A stretch of DNA of 63,107 nt, counting the filler, from Octopus bimaculoides (taxonomy: Eukaryota): assembly GCF_001194135.2 (NCBI RefSeq). It is 10 parts of 10 records of this genome, joined end to end, with 100 filler letters (N's around TTAATTAATTAA, not from the genome) between each part and the next. Parts side by side here need not be neighbours in the genome. Positions count along the whole stretch, not along the records: positions 21,219 to 33,629 come from NC_068996.1; positions 33,730 to 50,541 come from NC_069003.1; 8 more parts are not named here. The stretch is one strand, 5' to 3'. Under the pieces are notes generated by a model, which did no database searches, was not told the DNA's origin, and saw nothing but the letters and a program-made list of their open reading frames with translations. This document shows, in pieces, positions 25,891 through 39,998 of the stretch; position 1 is the stretch's first letter, and the number at the start of each line of letters is the position of its first letter. Made by a program: the position numbers and the translations under genes.

Positions 25891-26669
25891 AACAAACAGA
25901 AAAAGAATGTGTGTAGTGGTTAGCGATCTGTCATGGTGAATGCCGGACAGAAGGGTCACACAGGCGAGCTAAGGAGAAGGGGAGATAACAAAGTAGTAGT
26001 GATGCCAAAACGAAGGTGCACGTGTGTGTAAGAGAGTACGTATGTACGTATGAAAGGGGGCTCGTGATCTTGACGTGTGCGTGTGTGTGTGTGTAGGTGT
26101 GAAAATGTGGGGATGAGAATTGGTCAGTGTTGGTGTGTGCGTGGTGGTGTGTTGTGATGTGTGGTGTTGTATGGTGTAGTGTGTTATGGTGTGACGGTGT
26201 TGAGAGGTGGGGAGGCGAGAGTGTGGAAAGCACGGGTGGGTGTGGGTTAGGCTAAGGGTGGGGGTAGAGGTGCGGCATGTGGGTAGGCAGAAGATGGGGG
26301 TAGAGAAGGGGATATTAATATTCCTACAGATGGATGCAACAAGAGAAAAATTAATAATTTCCAAATATAACAGAAAAACCTATATACAAAAGTATTGTTA
26401 CACACACACACACACACATAAGTATATACATATATAAATGTATTTCACTTGTATAAACCCATACATATACATATCTATATTTATATGTACATACATATGC
26501 ACATACAGATACATATACANNNNNNNNNNNNNNNNNNNNNNNNNNNNNNNNNNNNNNNNNNNNNNNNNNNNNNNNNNNNNNNNNNNNNNNNNNNNNNNNN
26601 NNNNNNNNNNNNNNNNNNNTTATTATTATTATTATTATTATTATTATCATCATTATTATTATCATTATT

Positions 26670-29600
26670 CATATGCTTGATTTTTGCTTTGTATTTGTAC
26701 AAGTTCACTCCAAGTCTCACCCAGAGATCTCAAGAGACAAAATGTTAGAAGTTCAAGTTGGTCTGATGTCTAGGGTACCATATATTTGGTTTTGCGCATA
26801 GTATTCTTTTAGAGAACGTTTAAGAAAACATAAGAAAGCTATAAGTTTGTTTTAAAATTTGAAATTACATAATCAGTATTTCACGTAGGATATGGGCAGT
26901 TCCCATGAGCACTATCTTTTGAATTTCTGCCAATTTGAGGTTCCTGGTATCTGAGCTAAGTAGAAATCAGCCCCTATTGCTATCATTTCTAGGGCACCTA
27001 TGGCAACGGTTATTGTTTTAGTGCTCCGGTTACGCCTTTTGCCATTTCAAGATCTTTATACTTGCTCAGTTTTTGATATGTCTTGACAGACACATTTATG
27101 TCGACTGGGACACTCATATCAATGAGGAGACATGATTTTTGTCTGAAGTCTTTCAATATGATGTCTAGCTTATTCGCATCTGCCTTTCTGTCAGTTTGAT
27201 CAGTGAAGTTCCAGAGGAGTGAGATGTGATCATTTTCAAGCACTGGCGGTGGTTTGTGTTCCCACCAGTTTTTATCATGGGGCAGGTCCAGAATATTGCA
27301 AATTACCCACTGAATATATTATGCTGCTCTATCATGCCTGTTGAGATACTCTGTAGGCGCAAGAAGACTGCACATGGAGACAACATGATCGATGGTTTCA
27401 TTTCGTTGTTGACATACACAACATGTTGGGCTACTGCCACTCTTTAATATTTGGCCTGGTTGTTCCTCGTAAGTAGGCATTGATTTTGAGCTGCTATGAT
27501 AAACCCTTCTGTTTTCTGATTTTACGCTAGAAGACACTAGCCATTGATAGGCAAGGGCTTTGTCAACTTCGGCATTATTAGCTTTCTTTGGGTATTTGCC
27601 ATTGAGAGGTTTTTGTTGCCATTAATCGGTAAGAATATCTAAGGCAGCAGTTTTAGCACGGGTTTTCATACGCGTAGCTTTTTCTGTCTTGTTTCCAGCA
27701 CGTCTAATTCTTGGATTCGTATATTTGGAATTTACTTAGATATTGGTTTGCCTGTTTTGTTACTGAGTATGATGTTTTCTTGTTTTCATGCTTTAAGACA
27801 AGTTTTAACATCCAGTCATGAGAGTTTTTCGGGTAAGTGTTTAGGCCAATTGCGGCAATCTTCATTGTTAGTTCCAGTTGTAAAAGTCCACGGCCACCAT
27901 CTTTTCTTGGCAGGCGAAGTTGTTCTATATCTGCCTTAGGGTGGTGCATTCTATGTATTGTCAACAATTTTCATATTTTTATGTCAAGATTACATATTTC
28001 AATAATTGACCAGTTAATGATATTGAAACTGTAAGTCACGAGCGGTATGGCTAAAGAATTGATCGCTTCGATCCTGTTACTTGCATTCAGCTCTGTCTTC
28101 AGTATTGCTCTCACCCTGCGATAACATTCTCTTCTGATCCTTTCCCTCATCACTGGATGCTTGATATTGTCCTCTTCAATCACCCCTAGGTATTTGTAGC
28201 TCTCCGTTGGTTCTAACTCTTTCATGAAATTCTGCTCGTCAAAGTTAACGTTAGACGTTTCTGTCATTTTTCCTTTGATAAAGATAGCTTTTACACATTT
28301 ATCGAGGGAAAATTGCACCTGATGTCATCACTGAATTGCTAGTAAGTCATGTAGCTGTTGATCATGTTTTTGCAAAGAGCTTTAAATCATCCATATAAAA
28401 GAGATTTTTTAATATTTTTATCAAATATTTTTTTAGCCATATTGTACAGCATTGAGTAATTCCGACAGAGGCATTAAGGATAGACAAATGAGGAGTAGTG
28501 ATAGAGAGTCACCCTGGAAAATACCACATGAAACTCTTACATTTCCAGCATTGAGAGATTCATTGTTACTGCTCAAAGTCAGTGTGGTTCTCCATGATCT
28601 CATGCTTACAGACAAGAAGTTTCGTAGAGTAGGTGCTATTTTATACATTTCCAGACATTTCTTAATCCAGCTATGTGGTAAACTATCAAAAACCATTTTA
28701 TAATATATCCAGGCTATCGACAAGTTTTTATGTCGTTTGTGACAATCTTCCAAGATCATCTTATTGATGAGTAGCNNNNNNNNNNNNNNNNNNNNNNNNN
28801 NNNNNNNNNNNNNNNNNNNNNNNNNNNNNNNNNNNNNNNNNNNNNNNNNNNNNNNNNNNNNNNNNNNNNNNNNNNNNNNNNNNNNNNNNNNNNNNNNNNN
28901 NNNNNNNNNNNNNNNNNNNNNNNNNNNNNNNNNNNNNNNNNNNNNNNNNNNNNNNNNNNNNNNNNNNNNNNNNNNNNNNNNNNNNNNNNNNNNNNNNNNN
29001 NNNNNNNNNNNNNNNNNNNNNNNNNNNNNNNNNNNNNNNNNNNNNNNNNNNNNNNNNNNNNNNNNNNNNNNNNNNNNNNNNNNNNNNNNNNNNNNNNNNN
29101 NNNNNNNNNNNNNNNNNNNNNNNNNNNNNNNNNNNNNNNNNNNNNNNNNNNNNNNNNNNNNNNNNNNNNNNNNNNNNNNNNNNNNNNNNNNNNNNNNNNN
29201 NNNNNNNNNNNNNNNNNNNNNNNNNNNNNNNNNNNNNNNNNNNNNNNNNNNNNNNNNNNNNNNNNNNNNNNNNNNNNNNNNNNNNNNNNNNNNNNNNNNN
29301 NNNNNNNNNNNNNNNNNNNNNNNNNNNNNNNNNNNNNNNNNNNNNNNNNNNNNNNNNNNNNNNNNNNNNNNNNNNNNNNNNNNNNNNNNNNNNNNNNNNN
29401 NNNNNNNNNNNNNNNNNNNNNNNNNNNNNNNNNNNNNNNNNNNNNNNNNNNNNNNNNNNNNNNNNNNNNNNNNNNNNNNNNNNNNNNNNNNNNNNNNNNN
29501 NNNNNNNNNNNNNNNNNNNNNNNNNNNNNNNNNNNNNNNNNNNNNNNNNNNNNNNNNNNNNNNNNNNNNNNNNNNNNNNNNNNNNNNNNNNNNNNNNNNN

Positions 29601-30290
29601 NNNNNNNNNNNNNNNNNNNNNNNNNNNNNNNNNNNNNNNNNNNNNNNNNNNNNNNNNNNNNNNNNNNNNNNNNNNNNNNNNNNNNNNNNNNNNNNNNNNN
29701 NNNNNNNNGGTTGAGATCTGTAATATCAACATCATTAGCTGAAATTATATACTTAAGTGAAAGGCGGATTTTACTAGCTACTTTCAGGATTTGGTTAGAG
29801 TTGCGAATTTTGGGGAGAGTGTCGCGTTCATTCATACTAGTTTCTTTCATTTACAGACATTCAATCATGATTTGATTTTTTAGATCATGTAGTTCTGTTG
29901 GGTCAATTCCTGTGTGACTTTCTTATCCCTTACTGATTGTTTAATTTTGTCAATCTCTAATTCAATTAGTAATTTCTTTTTCATTGTGTTTCTTCTGACG
30001 TTGGCAATTTGTTACTGTCTATGTAGGGTCTTACTTCAAGTTGCTTCTGTCTCCAGTTTTGTTCAGATTAGATTTATGTGTGGGGAAATACATGGCATGA
30101 TTATTATCTCTCCCAGACGATATTTGATTCTTTTTCTTTTGGTAATCTGATGACGAGCGTGGATGGGCATCTGTCGGAATATTCCGGTCTTCAGGTACTT
30201 CTAGCTCCCTGTGTTTCGGGAAGATTTGAACCAGTAGCTGACTTTTCATATCCAGTCTGTGTGGGGTACGCGACCGTTGTTTGATTTTTT
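26670..30290 (-). mobile_element. Degraded near-full-length R4/Dong-clade (RLE) non-LTR retrotransposon, partly in gap
   Basis: RT motifs AWIYYKMVFDSLPHSWI, GIFQGDSLS, YKYLG, LPRKDGGRGL; CCHC finger C..CQQRNETIDHVVSMC...RHD; RLE LDIIL...LLIDMSVP...KLSKYKDL; C-terminal QKIVLMGTAHIL; 3' end abuts (TAA)n. Many stops and frameshifts. Confidence 0.9.
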
Positions 30291-30299
30291 TCAACCTCT

Positions 30300-31550
30300 T
30301 TACTCACATTTGGTATGGCTGACAGTATTTGTCTCTCTTATTCAATATGACAATATTCGGACGACGTTATTCGATTACACGATCCGTCTGAAAATCATAG
30401 TCACAGAGTATCGTTACTTTTCCGTCTTCCTGCATAACTTTACTTGGTACATGCTCATACCAGTTCTCTGTTACTTCATATTGGTATTTACGGCAAAAGA
30501 TCCAATGAAGATAAAGCCACTTTATCGTGGCGGCGCTGGTATTCTTTTTGCGCAAGGCTCTCACATTCACCTATCAAGTGGGTCACATTTTCCACACTCT
30601 TTCCACAGGGTCTGCATTTCTGGTTGTTGTCAGAAGTTTTATAGATGTTATACTTCACTGACTTCGTAGCGAGAGCCTTGTCTTGTGCAGCAATGATCAG
30701 GATTTCGGCGGTACGCTTCAAATCACTTCGCTCAAGCCATGCTCACGACCATCCTCTGTAACCCATCTGCAGGGTCTCTCAGACTCTCACTAATCCGAGA
30801 TATTTCTACTCCAGTTAAGTAACCCTTCCTCCTAATCACTCTCACTTAATTCATTGATTTATTTTCTGTCGTTGGACACATGTCCTTTTCCATCCAAGAT
30901 TTCAGGGTACGTCGGCCTGCTCCACGACTTCTTTCCAGCTTTGCCCTTTCATCACATTCAATAAGTGTATGGTACTTTTCCTTCGTCCACTTATGTCTGT
31001 CTCTGCGCACACCATGTATGTGATCTGTTGTGACATAACAACCACCCGAGGTCAGATCACTTCACTCTATGCGGGCGGTTTCGGACGTGCCGGGCTGGAA
31101 ACCTTCTCCATGATCGGTTATAGCTTCATTCTCGCCGTTAATTCTTTCCTTGTTTTGTTGCATCAGGATTTCATGAGTCGTTCGTGGGGTTCCCACAAGA
31201 GTTATTATTGAGATCCTATCTCTCACTTCTCTTTATTTGTATATACACGTGCAGATGTATGTACATACACATATATATATATATATATAAATAACGTGCT
31301 TGCATTGTGTTGCCTCCATAACCACAATGGTTTTCATTACAACCATCGTTCTACCTATAGCATTTAAAATCATCAATAATAATATGGGTACATTGCAGAA
31401 GATCTTTGTCACTATTTATCAAATACTCGGCAAGCGTTCTCCTTTCACTCCTTATACAATGGTCTATACTAATCAGTCCTCCGCCACCATTCTTTCTTTT
31501 CATATACAGTCTGTTTATGTTTGCAGTTAACACTCAACACTATCTTTTGT
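30300..31550 (-). mobile_element. Fragments of a second R4/Dong-type subfamily
   Basis: RLYMKRKNGGGGLISI (31351-31533); WLERSDLKRTAEILIIAAQDKALAT, CRPCGKSVENVTHLIGEC...RRHDKVA; YEHVPSKV...TILCDYDFQTDRVIE. Confidence 0.8.
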
Positions 31551-31879
31551 GCTCCCTGCATGAATGGTTATCGAGGGGTCATTCTCAACTAACTTTTAGT
31601 TTCTTTACTGGTCATTTCCAGTGCTCCCACAATCACTGGTTTTATAAGCGTCTTGAGAGTAGGAGAAAGAGAAGCAGCTTGATGAATAGACCAAATTCCA
31701 TAGTTCTGTAAATACATCCTGTGCGATAAGGAGACAAAAGAGGCCTCTCACCCTTGGGATTAACAGAGGTCAAATGTGTTTACTACCCTTAGCGATCACT
31801 GGGGTAAATCTACAATTTCCTGTGAGTACTTTAAATTTTCCTCAAAATAAGATAAGAAACTTACATATCTACAGTTATC

Positions 31880-32300
31880 GAACACACAAACGATCAGTTT
31901 TAAAAACTTTAATACCTACAACTTCTGTGAATACCCATCCTTTCCTTTCTCCCTGAGTATTCGAAAATGTGAACATCCTTTTTATTCTAAGAACACTACT
32001 GTTTTCTCTGTTCGGACATACAAAAGATCATCTTTAGTGAATTTTAAAACTTTAATATCTACAATTTTCTGTGAAAATTTTACCCTCCTTTTCTTTCCTT
32101 TCCTTTCTCCCTGGATATTCAAAAATGTAAACATCCTTTTTATTGCAAAACACTGCAATCTTTTCTGATCGGACATACAAACGAACATCTCTAGAAAATT
32201 TTAAAACTTTATTATCTACAATTTTGTGTGAAAGTTCCATCTTTCTTTTCTCCGTGACTACCCGGATATTTAAACATACCTTTTATTGCAACAACACAAT
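31880..32300. repeat. Degenerate tandem repeat, unit about 140-160 bp, about 2.5-3 copies
   Basis: AAAACTTT at about 31904/32046/32204; AACATCCTTTTTATT at about 31972/32130; GGACATACAAA at about 32014/32171. Confidence 0.75.
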
Positions 32301-32401
32301 TAAATGCACGAAAAAGAATTTTTTTAATTAAGGAGGTAAGCACCTGGCAATATATACAAACTGCACATTTACGAAAACTGTATACCACAGTAAAAATTAT
32401 A

Positions 32402-32470
<69 letters not shown>

Positions 32471-32817
32471 GCCTTTGCACAGCTTCTAACGCTGGAGATG
32501 TACTGCGGTGTCAGCTGTTCACTACCAGTGAACTAAGGTAACACTCCTTATTTTTCGAGCACCTTCCGGAGTATTCGAGCGGTTCCAAACAGTGCTGTTT
32601 TCTGCAAGTTCTTCACTCTTATTGCAGCCCCTATTTGTTCCATATACTTCTCAAGATTTTTACTCACTGTTCCCTGGGCTCCGACAATTATTTGTACTAC
32701 TACCACCTTTTTCATCGACCAAAACTGCTTAACCTCCCAAGCTAACCTGTCATATTTACCGACTTTTCTTTCTTCCTTATCGCATACCTTGTTGTCATCT
32801 TGGCATGTTATATTCAT
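32471..32817 (-). mobile_element. 5'-truncated R4/Dong-type 3' end
   Basis: KYDRLAWEVKQFW...IIVGAQGTV...LQKTALFGTARILRKVLEK* followed by a short UTR joined to (TAA)n at 32394-32470. Confidence 0.85.
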
Positions 32818-32822
32818 GATCC

Positions 32823-33215
32823 AATGTTTACTGAGTGATTTTCTTTTTCAATTGAAATTGATAGACCGTATTTCTTTAAAAAATGTATGTAATCTTTTTT
32901 GTAATTTTCCATTTTTCTATAACTAATGTTCCTTATTAAGAATATAGCGTCGTCACTGATAGAAAAATGGAAAATTACAAATAACTACATACATTTTTTA
33001 AGAATCACGGTCTATCAATTTCAATTAAAAACAAGTAAACTCAGTAAACATTCTTGACGTTAAATTTAACCTTAAAATGGGTATTCACCAGCCCTGTCAA
33101 AAATTATGAATATAGAGAGAACTAATTTTCTAGCTTCAAATGAACAAGTATTCAACAAGCATAAAGACAATCATAATAAAGCACTAACGAAGGCTGGATA
33201 TAATTATGAAATAAT
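32823..33215 (+). mobile_element. Penelope-like RT fragment with inverted duplication of its 5' end
   Basis: Degenerate LHTFFKNHGLSISI...FL...NL...NIERTNFLASNEQVFNKHKDNHNKALTKAGY; 32823-32920 is an imperfect reverse complement of 32959-33052. Confidence 0.65.
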
Positions 33216-33288
33216 AATTGCAACATCATGGAAAATCAAAATGAAAATAAGAATAAAAATTATTATTATTATTATTATTATTATTATT

Positions 33289-33581
33289 TTATGTTTGACT
33301 TTTGTTTTGCATTTGTATAAGTTGGATCCAAGTCTCACCCAGAGACCTCAAAAGACAACAAGTTAGAAGTTCATGTAGGTGTTCTGCCTAGGGTACTATA
33401 TATTTGGATTTGTACAGTTTTGTTCAAGTGAATGTTTAAGAAACCATAAGAAAATTATGTGTTTGCTTTAAAATTTGAGATCACATAGACAGTATTTTAC
33501 GTAGGATATGAGCAGTTCCCATGAGCACTATCTTTTGAACTTCAGCCATTTTGGGGTTTCCTGGTATCTGAGCTAGGTAGT
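33289..33581 (-). mobile_element. 5'-truncated copy of the 26670-family R4/Dong 3' end, embedded in (TAA)n
   Basis: Aligns with 26670-26975; flanked on both sides by ATT repeats. Confidence 0.85.
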
Positions 33582-33583
33582 AA

Positions 33584-33629
<46 letters not shown>

Positions 33630-33976
33630 NNNNNNNNNNNNNNNNNNNNNNNNNNNNNNNNNNNNNNNNNNNNTTAATTAATTAANNNNNNNNNNNNNNN
33701 NNNNNNNNNNNNNNNNNNNNNNNNNNNNNATATGTATATATTTATGTATATATGTATGTGTATGTATATATATATATATGTGTATATATATATGTATGAA
33801 TGTATATATATATGTATGTATATATGTATATATACACATGTATGTGTATGTATATATATATATGTATGTATATTTATGTATATATGTATGTATATATGTA
33901 TGTATATATATATATGTATGTATATGCATGTGTATATATGTGTATGTATATATATGTATGTATGTATGCATATATG

Positions 33977-34023
<47 letters not shown>

Positions 34024-37000
34024 GTATGTATGCTTGTGTATATGTATCTGAAGTCTACAACAAAAGATTTTTTTTCTTCATATTCTGGATTTTAGACTAA
34101 TTCGTACATTAAATATAACACTTCTTATACAAATATGCATTGATTATATTCATGTTATTGGATGACAAAACATACAAACACTCATACCTTTATACATAAA
34201 ACACGTCTTGTCTTAGAAATGTCTTTTTAATTTGAAATTTTAAGTCAACATTATTCACATGCAATACATTTTTTCATATTGTAACGAGAAAACAAGCTAA
34301 ACTACAAAATTCTGGTTAGAGATTAAATGTCTTGGATGAAATAGATGAGATTGTCAAGAGTGAATGCTAGCTAAATTTTGATGATGATGATGAAAGAACA
34401 AAGTATAACATTAACAATGTGGTGGAGGGGAGACCAATATTGGTATTACATATTCTATTTTAGTTGGATGAGTGCCCTCATCTTGATTATTGCTTTCTCT
34501 GTGTTTTGCCTTGGAAAATGCTGGAGCATACAAGAGCCAAAATTTAGTGAAAACAGCAATAAAGATGAGGACACCAGCCTGACTAATATAAAATACGTAA
34601 TATTTAAATTTCTCTTCTCAGAAATACAGAATCGAAATATTGATGTTGTTAGTCTGATTGATGCAGCTGATGTCTCTCACTCTAAATATCTATTTCTTAT
34701 ATTTAACTTATATATTTTTAAAAACTAATGAGGTCTGACAGCTGTTTAATCATTAAGGGGAATCAACTAATTGCCGTCGATGCTGTGGTGGCATAAACAA
34801 ATTCAAAATAGTCTTCAGCACAGCATTAGAAGAACGAGGCCATTGCTAATAGTAATGTTTTTTAAAACTTTTAACCAAGGTATGAAGCCATTAGCTTTTG
34901 GAGGCGTTGTGTAGGGGGTCTTAATGTAATTTTTGATTCCAGGAGGACAAACGACAAAGCTGGCTTTTGGCAAGATTTGATCTGGGTCCAAAAGGATGTA
35001 ACTAAATAATGAAAGGCACCCCATCCATACCTGCCACTCCAGAACCCTAATGAGAATATAGTGAACTGGAAGGAATAATATATTACATCAAAATGTCTAT
35101 TCTTTTCAATAATGAAAAGAAACAGGAAAAACAACAAAACAAAACAACTTATGCTTTGTCTTCTTGTTCATATATTTTCGCTTGAATGGTTTGTGTGAGC
35201 TTGTACACATGTGTTGAAGCAAGTAAAATTTTGAAGACAAATCGTCTCATTATGTCAGCTCTTCAGAATACTAATTGCAGAAATAGTAATTATGGTCATT
35301 CTAAAAACTGAAACAAAAGTAAAAGGGGTTTCTTTTAGTATTCCCCCCCCCCCTCCTGCTAATGCTTCATCTCTACAATTAACCAATACAAAATGTATCT
35401 TTATTCCCCCAGTTAATTTTCTAACTTTGACTTGAATGACTCTTTATATTACTCTGCTATGAAAATAGAACCGAATTCATTCATTCAAGTTTCTGGTTCT
35501 AACTAATTCTGGTCACATATCTATTTTATATTATTGCACTAGACAGGCAGACACACATACATACTCAAATGTGCATACAGAATGACCTGTTGACCAATGT
35601 TAGCAAAAAGATGTATTGAAATTGTTAAAAATTTAATCTGAATCGTCATCAAATTAATTAAAAATTTATCTGATTCAAAACAAGCTATGAACTATATTAA
35701 TTTTTTATCAAATAACGTTACCTGTCTCTGTCAGTTTCCACTTCCTTCTTTTTGCAGTTTTGACAAATGTAATGTGATTAATGTACCTCTGATTAGTTTA
35801 TACTGATGACACACCATGATGTTGAAACTGTTCTGTTTATAAATATTAAAAGATTAAATATAATATTAAGAACAAAAATACAGAGTAATTTTTATTTAAT
35901 CAATGAGAATTCTTTTACAGCAAAACATCTTTCTTTTGCAAAGAAACTGAACAACAGTGACATAAGAAACAAGCTTTTAAATTATACAGCAACTATCCCA
36001 TTGAAACAGCTGTAAAAATTTTCACAACTCCATAGTTCCAGGTTTAGTCCCACAGCGTGACACTTTGGGCAAGTGTCTTCTACCATAGCCTCAGGTTTAG
36101 CTGAGCCTTGTGAGTGAATTTGATAGATGGAAACTGAGTGAAGCCTGTCATGTATGTATGTATGTGTGTGTGTTGTCTTTGTATCCATCCACTACTTGAC
36201 AAACTGATGTTAGTGATTTATGTCTCTACAACTTAGCAGTTCAGCAAAAGAGACCAACACAAAGTACCAAGCTTCAAAAAACAAAAAAAACACTTGGGTT
36301 AATTAATTCGACTATGATTCTTCAAGGTAGTGCCCCAGCATGGCCACAGTTTAATGACTGAAATGAAAAAAAGTTAAAATGCACAGCAGTGGTTGTCAGC
36401 AGGGTAGTAACTTCTACCTGTGGGTAGTTGGTGTATATTTTGGCACAATTTCAATGTCCACTTTTCCAAGCTTGCATGAATGAGACAGTTTACCAAGGTA
36501 GACTTTCTATGACTGGATGCCTTCTCTGTCACAAACCCTTGTTTCCAACCAAGGTAATATTCATGGCCGAACACAGAGAAACATCACAGAATATTAGAAA
36601 GGGAGGACGCTCAAACGAAGACATGAAGACAAAGTGCCACAAATGTAAGGCATATGCTCACACACACACTAAGCTTCTTTCAGTTTCCACCTACCAAATC
36701 CACTCACAAGGTTTTGATCGGTTTCGAGTTATAGTAGAAGACATTTGTCCAATGTTGCCACAAAGTGTGGTGGAACTCAAGACCATGTATTTAGGAAGTG
36801 AATTTCTTAACCTCACAGCTATGACAGGACATTAAAACTGAACACAAATGAAAAATGGCTACAAACCAACATAATCATCATCGTTTAACGTCCGCTTTCC
36901 ATGCTAACATTGGTTGGATGATTTGACTGAGGACTGGCAAGCCAGAAGGCTGCACCAGGCTCCAATCTGATTTGGCAGAGTTTCTACAGCTGGATACTCT

Positions 37001-39642
37001 TCCTAACGCCAACCACTCCGAGCATGTAGTTGGTGCTTTTATGTGCCACCAGCACGAGGGCCAGTCACACGGTACTGGCAACAGCCACGCTCAAAAAGGT
37101 GTTTTTTACGTGCCACCTGCACTGAAAATATATATTGGAATTGATTTCACAGATCCATAATTTTGTATCTCCGGACATTAAGAGTAGCCCAGTGCAAGGT
37201 ATCAAACCTTGAACATGTCCAGGGTACTGAACTGACCAGGGCTGGACTGTCCAAATCTGTGAAGTAATCAAGATTCATCATCATCATCATTTAACATTTG
37301 TTTTCCATACTGGCATTGGTTGGATGATTTGACAGGAGCTGTTAAGCCAGAGAGCTGCACCAGGCTCCAATTGTTTTGACATGGCTTCTACAGCTGGATG
37401 CCCTTCTTAAAGCCAACCACATTACAAAATGTGTTGGGTGCTTTTTTTATGTGGCATCAGATTGTTTGATGCTATTAAAAAAATGGCAGAACAAAACCGT
37501 TTGATCTCAAAATTGTCACAGGTGAGTTTTAGTGTTGTGAAATGCAGATCCTCTGCCAAGAAGGGAATGCTCATCTTTGGTGGGGTGGTGGGGCAGTGGA
37601 CAACTGTGAGTGGCATGGAGAGGTTCATAGAGGTGGATACGAGCAGTTAGTGATGGGTGCAGGAAAGACGAGTGTGAAAGGTGTGTGTGTGTGGGGGAGA
37701 AATAAGGGGATAGAAGAGAGGAGTTGCAGCAGGGATCAGTGAAAGTTGCAGAAGTGACACAGAGGAGGGAGTGACATTTGTGAGTTTCAACAGAGGTGGA
37801 GATGGTTAAAAAGTTGAAGATGGAGTGAGCCAAGAGACGAGATTTGAAAGAGGGCCATAAAATGAAAGGTAACATGCTCAAGAAGATGGGAGAGAATGGA
37901 ATCAATGGAGTGATGCTGGTGGAGGATTACAGATAAGCTCACCACCATCAATTCATTGCAGAAGAGTTCACTGCCATCAACTCAGTGTGAAGAAAGTTTG
38001 AGAAAATATATCCATAATGTATATATTATGTTCTGATGTATATCTAAACTCAGAACATAATATATACTTATATATATATATATNNNNNNNNNNNNNNNNN
38101 NNNNNNNNNNNNNNNNNNNNNNNNNNNNNNNNNNNNNNNNNNNTATATATATAAATATATATGTGTGTGTATGTATGTATGTACTTACATATAAAAGCAC
38201 CCACTACATTCTTGGAGTAGTTGGCGTTAAGAAGGGCATCCAGCTGTAGAATCTCTGCCAGATCAGATTGGAGCCTGGTGCAGCCATCTGGTTTGCCAGT
38301 TCTGTCAAATCGTCCAACCCATGCTAGCATGGAAAGCGGACGTTAAATGATGATGATGCAAATGAATACCTCACTATTGAGAGTTGAAAACTATTTTATT
38401 GAACAAAAAACAAAAGTAATGGAGACCAACACATGCAATCAAGGATTTTTATCTTTTGGGTTAAAACATGGTATGTACTAAATATAAAGGAAAAATTAAC
38501 TTAATTTTAAATTTGCACTTCTTTACAACATAAACCAATACAAAATTCAAATTTATATTATTCAAAATTGTGGATGGTGAACTTACCAGACATGGAGGTG
38601 GAGGTACAAGCAACACCTAAGAAAGGTGAGATGGGTTAAGTAACTTGCACTGGGTGAAAAAAAAAAAGCAGTGAAGCAGAGGTGAGATGAGGATGTTTTT
38701 GAGGCAGAGGTTAGGCATTGCTAAGGAAATGGGAAATGGAGAAGGGAATGGAAAGTGTGATGGGGTGGGGGTAGAATAAACAAAAAGAAAGATCAAAAAG
38801 CAAACAGTAAGAATGGTCACAGAAGATTGGTGCTGTGCCAAAAACAGTAAAAGTATATCCAATGTAATCCATTTGGAAATCAAAGAGTTCAAAATTGGGA
38901 GTTCCAAGGTCGAATCTGAGGGAAATTCGAAAAACAGTTCCTTTTTCTTTCACCTTTCACTTGTTTCTGTCATTAGACTGTGGCCATGCTGGGGCACTGC
39001 CCTGAATTTTCTAGTCGAATGAATCGACCCCAGCACTTATTCTATTTCCTCTTTTGTCAAACTGATAAGTTACAAGGATGTAAACACACCAACACCAATT
39101 GACTAGCAGTGTAGGGAAACAAACTGACACAAAGAAACACACATATGACAGGCTTCTTTCAATTTCCATCTACTAGATCCACTCATAAGACATTGGTTGA
39201 TGTGAAGCTATGGTAGAAGACACTTCACCCCCACCTACCCACCCAAGATGCCATGCAGTGGGATTGAGTATGGAACCATGTGGTTCAGAAGCAAACTTCT
39301 TATCCCATAGCCACGCCCACCAAATTCACTCACAAGACATGGACCAACCTGGAGCTATAGCAAAACACAAAGTGCTGCATAGTGGAACTGAACCCGAAAC
39401 CACATGGTTCCAAAGTGAGCTTCTCAACCACACAGCCATGCATATGCATACATCTTTTGTAAGGAATACCTAAGGGTGGTTAAATAGAAGAAAAAAAGTA
39501 CAAACTACAAAGAATATGATGTTAGTTTAACACTTGAAATGAATGTGGTATGTTTTAATGTTTTGGATGCCAATCCTCTTTCAGAAAAAAAAAAAGAGAA
39601 ACATGGAGCAAGAAGGAGAATAAAAAGCAAAATAAAATGGAT

Positions 39643-39998
39643 AGGCGCAGGAGTGGCTGTGTGGTAAGTAGCTTGCTTACCAACCACATGGTTCTGGGTT
39701 CAGTCCCACTGCGTGGCACCTTGGGCAAGTGTCTTCTACTATGGCCTCGGGCCGACCAAAACCTTGTATATATGTATGTGTGTGTATATGTTTGTGTGTT
39801 TGTGTTTGTCCCCCCAGCTTCGCTTGACGACCGATGCTGGTGTGTTTGCGTCCCCGTAACTTGGCGGTTCAGCAAAAAGAGACAGATAGAATAAGTACTA
39901 GGCTTACAAAGAATAAGTCCTGGGGTTGAGTTGCTTGACTAATGGTGGTGTCCCAGCATGGCCGCAGTCAAATGATGACTGAAATGAGTAAAAGAGAG
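39643..39998 (+). mobile_element. tRNA-derived SINE family 1 (internal deletion)
   Basis: Same family. Diverged copies near 1573-1985, 21546-21955, 36025-36372, 39000-39440(-), 40070-40240, 45360-45470, 48560-48660(-), 57003-57350(-). Confidence 0.8.

Noticed and set aside
30140-30195. CTGATGA-CGA...TCG-GAAT hammerhead-like string
   Set aside because: GAAT instead of GAAA, weak stems, and it lies within the R4 element.
34378-35137. Signal-peptide-like frame MSALILIIAFSVFCLGKCWS and neighbouring short ORFs
   Set aside because: No convincing donor site or homology; hydrophobic runs arise easily in T-rich DNA.
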